DNA from: Prasinococcaceae sp. CCMP 1430 | Taxonomy: Eukaryota; Plantae; Prasinodermophyta | Reading direction: 5' to 3' | Length of the DNA: 31,082 nucleotides | Assembly (NCBI GenBank): GCA_013416795.1 | Contig: RQSC01000154.1 | Location: 77,025-108,106, forward strand | Shown: positions 8,200 to 16,985 of the stretch, in pieces | How positions within the stretch are numbered: position 1 is the stretch's first letter | Layout: every line of letters begins with the position of its first letter | Program-made: the position numbers and the translations under genes | The notes under the pieces: generated by a model | What the model was told of the DNA's origin: nothing | The model's database searches: none | What the model saw: only the letters and a program-made list of their open reading frames with translations

Positions 8200-9945
8200 C
8201 TATCCTGATGGGGGGTTCCCAGTCTCAGCCGCGACAGCGGCAGCTGCGCCCTTCTCCTTGGCGCGTTTATTCTTGAGCGAAGTGGCGAGCTCGGCCGCCT
8301 TGCGCTTGCACTCGGCAGGCAGGCGGCCACCGGGCACAGCGGACGAGATGCGCGCCCAGCGCTCCGCGGGGTCGTCATGGGCATCGGCGGGAAACGCGCG
8401 CATTGCCTTCACCAGCGCGCTCACCTGAGCATCCGTCCACGGCGCAGGCTGCTGCGATGCACCCTTTCCAGCTCCGCCGCGCTTCGCAAGGAATGTTTTG
8501 TACGCATCGCTATCTATCGATGCCGACGCGAGCTCCGGGTACGTCTTGACGAAGGCCACGATCTCTGCGCCGCTGCGACCCGAGCCCATCGAGGTGGCCA
8601 CGGCGTCCCAGCGCCCGGGCGCACCGGCCGGGTGTTTTTTTAGTGCAGCGCGCAGCGAGGCGAGCTCCACCTCATTCCACCCACGCATTGCAGCGGCAGA
8701 CGCGTCGTTGCCGCTGCCGACCTCCTCCTCATCGCTGCCCCGCTCCGGCGCGGCGAGAGCGGCCGCACAGAGCTCCCGCAGCAATGGCAGGAACCTCTTC
8801 AGCAGAGCCGTGTTCACCGTTGCGCGTGCCGCCGCGCGCTGCAGTACCGATGCGTCGGCATCGCAGCCTGTGGCAGCAGAGGCCGCAACGCCCGCGTCTC
8901 CTGGGAGTTGTTCCGCCTTGACTGCCTCGCTGGCCTCCGCTCGCCAACGCAGCGCCTCCTGGCGGAGCGCCTGGTTGGAAGCTCCACCGGCGGCCGCCTC
9001 CCACCCCACTGCCTTGGCCACCTCGGCCAGCGCACGCAACAGCACTAGGAGGGCGCCGCAGGCACCCTGCTGCGCGCTGGCCTTCGCCTCCCCACGCGCA
9101 CATTCGGCGACCGCGCATACCTCGGCGAGTCGCTCACCGGCGCCATCTCCCGGAGAGGGCACCTCGAACTTTGCAAGAGCGGCGGCGGCGTCTTTCTCGG
9201 CTGCGGCGACGGCACGGCGGAAGTGCGCGATGCGCTGCTCCTGCCCGCCACGTTCTTTGGGGCCGTTGCGCTTACTGCTCGCCGCCGCGGCCCGGTCGGT
9301 GGACTTTTTGACCGAGCGCAGGATGCCCTCCTTCTTGCGCCGTGCCTTGTCCTTGCGCTCGCTCGCCTGCGCTGCCTGCATTGCACGCCCGTACGCCGCC
9401 GCTACCGATCCGCATATCGCCGCCAGCAGCGCCCAACCCCACCATTTGGAGAGCGGGTCTTGCGCCGCCTCGAACTGCGAGCGCGCCCACGCCGCGTCGT
9501 GGCTGCCGCCGCCCCAGAAGTCATCGCTGTCTTCGTCGCCGTCGCCGTGATACCTTATGTCCCAGCCCGAGCCAAAGGTATCGTACTCTCCGCGCAGTCC
9601 CTCATTGGTGAGGATCTCGTGCGCAGTCGCAAGCAGCACGAACGCGGCCTCGGCCTCGGCCTTGTCCTCGGCCGAGGCCTTGTCGGGGTGCGTGTTGCGC
9701 GCCTTAGCGCGGTACGCCCTCTTAATGGCGCGCGCGTCCGCGGTGCGCGGCACGCCGAGCAGCTCGTAGCAGTCCGCGCCGGAGCGCGTCGGCCGACCGC
9801 GCGGCGCGCACGGCGGATGGCTGAGTCAGCACCTAACTGTCGCCTTTGCCGATACGTTTCGTCTCTACGGCGCCCCTGTGGCACTGCGCGGCCGCACGCG
9901 CCGACCGACGCACCCTCGCGGCGACGCACCGCGACCCGCAGCCAT
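8200..9945 (-). CDS. J-domain (DnaJ) protein with one transmembrane helix and two C-terminal SANT/Myb domains (DNAJC1/ERdj1-like architecture); proposed exons 9945-9914 and 9820-8200
   Basis: DCYELLGV...IKRAYRAKARNTHPDK (HPD motif)...LRGEYD. Hydrophobic WWGWALLAAICGSVAAAYG. SANT repeats GWNEVEL..L..ALKKHP....RWDAVA and PWTDAQV..LVKAM..FP......RWARISSAVPG. An in-frame TGA upstream of the J domain forces an intron; the phase-2 GTGCGT...CTGACTCAG intron 9913-9821 fits. Confidence 0.85.
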
Positions 9946-9972
9946 CACTTCGCATGCGCTCCACATCACAGG

Positions 9973-9980
9973 TAGGGTTT
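9973..9980 (-). promoter_or_regulatory. Telo-box (AAACCCTA) 28 nt upstream of the proposed J-protein ATG
   Basis: Plus strand reads TAGGGTTT, inside the divergent J-protein/transporter intergenic region. Confidence 0.45.
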
Positions 9981-10433
9981 AACATTTCTCGTATTGATGT
10001 CACATTAGATTACGTTTCGTGGGCGGAGTTCGCTTTTGGGGGGTTACGAGGGCTTCACCCCAAACTACGGAGAGGCGGCAGCGGCTGTTACTGTGCTCGA
10101 AGGGGGGTCGATGCGTGCGATTTGATGTGGGGCTCGGCGATGAGGGTTTGGGTTGCCACACCGCGCGCGCGCGAGCGCGCGCGCGCGCGCGCGCCGCTAC
10201 GCAGCGAGGCGAGGCGAGGCACGGCGCGGTCCCCTTGCCGCGGTCCAACCGCCAGCCAGCCTGACCCTCCCCTCTTTCCCTTCCCGCCCACCTACCCTTG
10301 CGCTGCTCTCCCCTCCTCTCGCTCGGCTGCCCGCGCTCCCGCGCCCCCAAGCGCGCGGGGTGTGTGGGGTGGGGGTTTGGGGTTGGGAGGGAGGGAGGGA
10401 GGGAGGGAGGAGGGGGGCCCGCGGCCGGGCATC

Positions 10434-12466
10434 ATGGCAGCGCGCCGGCACGGGAGCTCGGGCGATGGCGGCGGTGAGTGGAGCTTCGACGATCCCGGCG
10501 CGCCGGGCGGGGCGCTCGACGGCGACGCGGGTGGCATAGAAGCGGGAACCAGCGGAGGTGGCCACGAGTCGCCGCCCGGCGGCAGCGATGGTGGTGTGCC
10601 GCGTCCCGGGACGTGGCTCTCCCAGGCGTTCGAGTCGGCAGGTGCGCGGCGTGGGCGGAATCTGCCTGCGTTCCCGCGCGCGAGCGCCGCCACGCGCACA
10701 CAAACGAGCGGCCTGCTCCTCTCTCGCGCGCTGACGCGCTGGCACGCCGGCGCACTGGCGCTGCGTGCATGCTGGCCGCAGGCGCTAGCGCAAACGTTGC
10801 GTCCGCCATCATGGGCTCAGGTATCCTGGGATTGCCGCTCGCCGCGAGGTACTCCGGCGTGGGGCTCTTTGTGTGCGTGCTCTTGGTGTGCATGCTGCTG
10901 GCGAATGCGGGCGCGAAGCTGCTGCTCGCGTCGGCCAAGGCGACAGGCGTGTACTCGTACGAGGCGCTCGGCGCCGACGCGCTCGGCCGCCGCGGCCGCG
11001 GCGTCGTCGCAGGCGCCATTCTCGTGCAGAACACAGGCGCGATGACCTCGTACATGATGACCATCCGCGACGCGGCGCCCAACGTGGCCTCAGGCCTTGC
11101 CAAGGCGCTCTTTGGCGTTTCCCTGGCCGATGACTCAATCTGGCGCGACAGGTCGGTGCTCACCGCGACTGTCGCGACGCTCGTCGTCCTGCCGCTCGCA
11201 TGCATGCGACGTGTGTCAGGCCTGGCATTCGCGAGCTCGCTCAGTGTGCTCATCGGCGCGACCTTCGCCGTGTTCGTCACGTGGCGGCACTCGGCCAGCC
11301 CTGACCTGAGCGATATCTGCGACGTGGGGCCCGCACCCAGGGGCCACTGGTGGATACTGCGGCCGCTGCCCGAGGAGGGCGCCGTGCCGGGCATCTTCAT
11401 GGTCTTCCCGACGGTGTGCTTCGCCTTCGTCTGCCACACCATGCTCCTGCCGGTGGCGGACGAGCTCGTGCGCAAGCACGAGGCGTCGATGGCCTTGTTC
11501 CCTGCCGCTGCACAGGCGGCAAGCAGCGCGTCCGCGCCGCGCCGCGTGCGCCGCGCGCTCGACGGGGCGTTCCTCGCCTGCACGTGTTGCTATGCCGTGG
11601 CCGCCATCATTGGCTACCTGACATTCCTAGAAACCACCGACGCCGACCTGTTGCTCAACTATCCGCCCAACGACCGCTGCAAGGCCGACCGCTACGAGGA
11701 CGTCACGCAGCTCGTGCGCGGACTCTTCGCGTTCTCGATCGTGCTCTCGGTGCCGCTCATCCAGTACCCGGCCAGGCGCACCCTGACGCTGCTGCTGTTT
11801 GGTGAGGAGGCCCTCGGGGAGATGGCCCTCGCCGATGACCAGGTGCGTGAAGCACGCATGCGCACGCACTGCGCATGATGCGCTCGGCGGTGGGTGCGCG
11901 TTCGGCTGAGTTCTGACACAGCGCGCTGCGCTGTGTTCCCCGCGCAGGTTGACGAGCTCGGCGACATGGTCTTCTCGCCCGCGAGGCGCACCACCAGCAA
12001 CCGCGCGCTGAGCGTCATCAACTCAGACAGGCTGCTGGTGAGTGTCGGCAGCGCGGCAGGTGGCAGCGCGGGCAGCAGCGCCGAGGGCTTGCGCAAGCCG
12101 CTGCTCGCGCTGGGCGGTGACACGCACATGGAGGCTCGTCGCGTCACAGGGGATGGGGAGGGGGACACCTCGGAGAGAGGTGGGGGCAGGGAGCTCAGCA
12201 CGTGGGCGCGCTGCGGCCTCTCCGTGGCAATCATAGGTACCGTGACGACGCTCGCGCTGGCCGTGCCCCAGATATCGATGGTGTTCTCTGTGGCAGGTGC
12301 CACCAGCTCGCCGACGCTCATGTTTGTGCTGCCTGGAGTCATCGCCTCGCGCGTGGCGCCGGGCTACCGCGCGGCTGGCTTCGTGCTTGCAGGCACGGGC
12401 GTCGTGATGGGCGCCTGCTGCCTGTCGGCTGTGATCATCTCGCTCGCGACGCGCGGCTCGAGCTAG
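10434..12466 (+). CDS. Amino-acid transporter, Aa_trans (AAAP; SLC38/AVT6-like); exons 10434-10641, 10782-11842, 11948-12466
   Basis: NVASAIMGSGILGLP TM1 motif, LVVLPLACMR..SGLAFASSLSV, FPTVCFAFVCH, GYLTF and GATSSPTLMFVLPG. Introns 10642-10781 (phase 1) and 11843-11947 (phase 0) are GT-AG, frame-consistent, and each contains CTGAC. Confidence 0.92.
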
Positions 12467-12748
12467 CTATAGAGAGCCGCGGGCCGGCACACGCGCCTGG
12501 CGCTGTACATTGCACGTAATCAAACCAGCACTGCACTGTCGCCGCCGCCGCCTGCAGCGCCGCCCTGCTTTCGCGCGTGCAGGCATGGGCATGCCGCGCG
12601 CGCACGTGCGTCCACGCGTGGCGTGACGCGTCAGGTCGTTTTGCTGGGGTTTGCAATTGGAAATGTGCACGGAGCTGAGGGGGTGGATGCACTCGTTGGT
12701 GGGTGCCACAGGGTGCGCGCGCGCCGCGCCGTGCGCGCGCTGGAGGGC

Positions 12749-13652
12749 ATGGCGAGCGCGCAGGCGAGCGCGCTCAAGAGCGCGCGTGCGGCGCCGACGC
12801 GCCGCGCACGCACATCCGCGGCCGCCGCGCGCGTGCGCACGGCCAGACTTCGGTACGCGCCCCCAGGCGCGCCGCAGGCGCTGCTCGATGGCGTCGAGCT
12901 CGATGTGCCGGCTGGTGCGCTCCACGTGGTGGTGGGACGTTCGGGGTCGGGGAAGACCACGTTGCTCAACCTGCTTGCGGGCCTCGCTGCGCCCACCGAG
13001 GGGGAGGTGCACGTCGGAAGCGCGGTGTCGAGCGCCGCCGCGGGCGCGGCGGCCGTCGCCGCCAGCGCAGGCATCGTCTTCCAGTTCCCCGAGCGCCACT
13101 TTCTGGGCAGCACCATCGCGGAGGAGCTCACATTCGGCTGGCCGCGTGGCGGCGGCCAGGCTGCCTACGACGCTCGCCGGCGCCTCGGCGCGCAGGCGGG
13201 CGTGGCGATGGAGACCGTGTCGATGGGGGACGTGGACACAGCCACGCGCGTTTCGGGGCTCAGCGGCGGCTATCAGAGGTGCGTTGGGGCGCGTGCGTGC
13301 GGCAGCAGTTGGACGCGTGACGCTGGCAGTGGAAGGGCCTGTGCGGAGGGGAGCTCGTGGGGAGTCGGTGCTTTGCTGACATCAGGCTTTGCGCCGCGCG
13401 CTTGCGCACAGGCGGCTCGCGCTGGCGGTGCAGCTGGCGCGGCGGCCGCAGCTTCTGCTCCTCGACGAGCCGCTCGCAGGGCTGGACTATCGAGCGCGCG
13501 ACGAGGTGGTGCGAACACTCGAGGCGCTCAAGGGTGGCACCACGGTGGTGGTCGTGTCACACGACCTCGAGGAGCTCGCCCCCGTTGCCGACGGCGCATG
13601 GCGCATGGATGACGGCCGGCTCGCGCGGCTCTCGAAGCTCCCCGGCCGGTGA
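12749..13652 (+). CDS. ABCI11: Stand-alone ABC ATPase, ECF/CbiO-type, plant ABCI11(NAP14)-like, probably plastid-targeted; exons 12749-13278 and 13412-13652
   Basis: Walker [11 protein letters not shown]-loop [11 protein letters not shown], signature LSGGYQR|RLALAVQL, Walker [14 protein letters not shown]-loop VVSHDL. Intron 13279-13411 (AG|GTGCGT...CAG|G) restores the frame. The N-terminus is Ala/Arg/Ser-rich and lacks acidic residues. Confidence 0.85.
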
Positions 13653-13779
13653 CGGTGACGGCGCGCGCCGACTGGGAGGGGCGGCGCGAGCCGTGTGACA
13701 CCACGGACAATCAGACGTCGTATTCGTAATAAATAGAGTGGGGGACGACCTACTGTACTTACTCGCACATGCCAGCAGC

Positions 13780-15199
13780 CTACAGCTCATCGTGGTCGAA
13801 GTCCATGTCCTCCATGTCCTCGTCGAAGCCTCCGTCCTCCGCAGCGCCGTACACCGACGACACGATGGGGTTGGCGACGGCCTCGAGCTCCTTGAGTTTC
13901 TCGTTGATCTCGTCCGCCTCGGCGTCATCCCCGTTCTCCTCCAGCCACTCGAGCGTGTCGGCGACGGCGTCCTCGAGCGTCTCCTTGTCCGCCTCGTCCA
14001 GCTTGCCCCCCAACTTCTCCTCGTCCTCCACCTGGTTGCGCAGGTTGTAGGCGTACGTCTCGAGGCTGTTGCGCGCGTCGATCCGCTCCTTGACCTTCTT
14101 GTCCTCCTCGGCGAACTCCTCGGCCTCCTGGACCATGCGATCGATCTCCTCCTGGGAGAGGCGACCCTTCTCGTTCGTGATCACGATCTTCTCCTTGGAG
14201 CCGGTGCCCTTGTCCTCGGCACCGACGTTGAGAATGCCGTTCGCGTCGATCTCGAAGGTCACCTCAATCTGCGGCACGCCGCGCGGCGCCGGGGGGATGT
14301 TGGTCAGGTCGAACTTGCCCAGAAGGTGGCAGTCCTTGGTCATGGTGCGCTCGCCCTCGAACACCTGGATCTGGACGGTCTGCTGGTTGTCCTGGTACGT
14401 CGTGAACGTCTGCGACTTCTTGGTCGGGATCACCGTGTTCCTGGGGATGAGCTTGGTCATCACGCCGCCGACGGTCTCGATGCCCTGGGTGAGCGGGGCC
14501 ACGTCCAGCAGCAGAATGTCCTTGGCGTCGCCGTCCTCGCCGCTCAGAATGCCGCCCTGCACGGCCGCGCCGAAGGCGACGGCCTCGTCGGGGTTGACGC
14601 CCTTGTTGGACTCCTTGCCGTCGAAGTAGTCCTTGATGAGCTGCTGGACCTTGGGGATGCGCGTGGAGCCGCCCACCAGCACGATCTCGTCGACCTCGTC
14701 CTTGGAGAACGCGGCGTCCTCCATGGCCTTCTTGACGGGGCCCATGGTCTTCTTGAACAGGTCGGCGTTGAGCTCCTCGAAGCGCGCGCGCGTGAGCGGC
14801 TCGGAGAGGTCGACGCCGTCGTAGAGCGACTCGATCTCCACGCGCACCTGGTGCTGCGACGAGAGCGAGCGCTTGGCGCGCTCGCACTCGCGGCGGAGCT
14901 TCTGGAGGGCGCGCTTGTCGCCGGAGATGTCCTTGGAGAACTTCTTCTTGATGAGCTTGATGAAGTACTCCATCACGCGCTGGTCGAAGTCCTCGCCGCC
15001 CAGGTGGGTGTCGCCGTTGGTCGAGATCACCTCGAACACGCCGTTGTCGATGGTCAGGATGGACACGTCGAAGGTGCCGCCGCCGAGGTCGAAGACGAGG
15101 ATGTTCTTCTCGCCGCCCTTCTTGTCGAGGCCGTAGGCGATGGCCGCGGCGGTGGGCTCGTTGATGATGCGCGCCACGTTCATGCCGGCGATGGTGCCC

Positions 15200-15237
<38 letters not shown>

Positions 15238-15947
15238 GGCCGGGACGGTCACCACGGCGGACGAGACGTCCTTGCCGAGGTACGCCTCCGCGGTCTCCTT
15301 CATCTTGGTCAGGATCATGGCCGAGATCTCCTCCGGCGAGAAGCTCTTGGTCTTGCCGCCCGCGATCTCAACCGACACCATGGGCTTGCCGTCCTTGGAC
15401 GTGATCTTGTAAGGGACGAGCTTGGCGTCGCGCTGCACCTCCTTGTCGGCGTAGTTGCGGCCGATGAGGCGTTTCACGTCGAAGATGGTGCGGGTGGGGT
15501 TGACGGTGGCCTGGTTCTTGGCGGCGTCGCCGATCAGGCGCTCGTCGTCCGTGAAGGCCACGTACGACGGCGTGATGCGGTTGCCCTGGTCGTTGGCGAT
15601 GATGTCGACCTTGCCGTTCTTGTAGACGCCCACGCACGAGTACGTGGTGCCGAGGTCGATTCCAATCACCGTGCCCAGGTCCTCGTCGGCGCGCGCCAGC
15701 GAGCCGGCACACACCGCCGCCACGGCGGCGAACGCGAGGAAGCCTGGTGATGGTGGTGGTGTTTGAGGCGCGTGGGGAGCGGGCCGGAGGGAGCTCTCTG
15801 TGTCAGCGGGCGCTGCCTGGAACGCGCGCAACACATCACACCTGCCCTAACTTCCGCCACAGCTTGCAGGGGAGCACCTGCCCGGTGGCGCACGCGCACG
15901 CGGCTCGTCCTCCCGGAAAGCGCGGTCACACGCGCTGCCTTCGGCAT
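13780..15947 (-). CDS. BIP: ER luminal Hsp70 chaperone BiP; main exon 15743-13780 plus a short signal-peptide exon (best model 15947-15932)
   Basis: [50 protein letters not shown] and C-terminal HDEL. The phase-1 intron model gives [27 protein letters not shown], a typical signal peptide. The exact first exon is uncertain. Confidence 0.97.
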
Positions 15948-16265
15948 GCGCTCAGCCAGGCGGCGCCATCGCCTCGCCATCCCCGCCGCGCCGCCCCGCC
16001 CCCCGCGCCCCCGCACGCGCCGATCGGACCGAGCAGTTGCCACCCACGATGGCGTCGCGCGCGCGCGCGCCGCTGCCGCTGCTGCTGCGGCGCGCATTTG
16101 CGGCTCCCGCCGCCCGAAATCGCCGTTCCGCGCTTCTCCGCGCCACCGCGCGCCACCCGCGCCGCGAGACCCTGCGGAGAAGGAAACTCCGCGAGCGCGC
16201 CGATCGCCCGCCGTAGACGTAGTAGGCGCGCAATCGGCCCGGAACGCGCCGGAAGCTGTGGGTGC

Positions 16266-16294
16266 CCACGTCACGTCGCCAATGTTAGGGTTAA
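16266..16294 (-). promoter_or_regulatory. BiP promoter module: UPRE core TGACGTGG, adjacent CCAAT box and telo-box-like AACCCTAA
   Basis: Plus strand CCACGTCA 16266-16273, CCAAT 16279-16283 and TTAGGGTTAA 16285-16294, about 320 bp upstream of the BiP ATG. Confidence 0.55.
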
Positions 16295-16600
16295 GAATAG
16301 GGTCCAAAAAGTCGCGTGCGACGTCTCATTCTGACGTCGAATCCGCAATGGGATGGGGTTCGGGGTCGGGGTCGCCTCGTCGCCGCGTGGGCGCGCGCGG
16401 CCCACCCGGGTACGACGTGCTCGATGGACCGGGTCACCTCGTGTCAACAGCCCATCGGGAACCGGGTCGCACCCGGGGATCGACCCCCGCTTCCCGGGGC
16501 ACGCCGCTTCGAACGCGAGGGAAGACAGTTTGTTTAACTGCTCGGGTGTCGTGTCGTGTCGTCATCATCAACCAACGGGGCGAAACGCGCGCGCGCTGAG

Positions 16601-16695
16601 GTGCGCCGGCCAATCGGATCGCGGCGTTTGGCGCGCCGGCCAATCAGATCGCGGCGTGTGGCGCGCCGGCCAATCGGATCGCGGCGTGCGGCGCG
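16601..16695. repeat. Tandem repeat, 3 x 30 bp, each unit containing GGCCAATC[G/A]GATCGCGGCGT
   Basis: Units at 16601-16630, 16631-16660 and 16661-16690 differ at only a few positions. CCAAT at 16610, 16640 and 16670. Confidence 0.95.
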
Positions 16696-16985
16696 GCAGA
16701 CGCGAAAGCGATGAACCCGCCGACGCTATGGCCGGTGCTGGCAAGGATGCCATGTCCGGGCACGCGGGCGCGGGGCGCCCGGGCCTTGGGAGGGTCGCCG
16801 TGGCGCGCTCGTTGGCGGCGTTGAGCATGGATGCCCGGCCTTGGAGCGCGGGCGCGGGCCCGGGGGGCGCCGTGGGGGCCGGCCGCGGGGCCACACAGGC
16901 GAGTGTCAAAATCTGGAACATTCATTGGGAGCAAGTACGACGCCGAATGTCTCCTCCGCCCGCACACGACAATGCGGGCCATCGG

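Noticed and set aside
16330-16600. Possible ncRNA (small GC hairpins such as GTGGG...CCCAC near 16389-16407)
   Set aside because: No tRNA cloverleaf, snoRNA boxes or other recognisable family, and hairpins are trivial at this GC content. An Infernal/Rfam scan would be decisive.
16601-16695. 30-bp repeats as a CRISPR array or ERSE elements
   Set aside because: There are no unique spacers and the context is eukaryotic. The sequence after CCAAT does not fit CCAAT-N9-CCACG.
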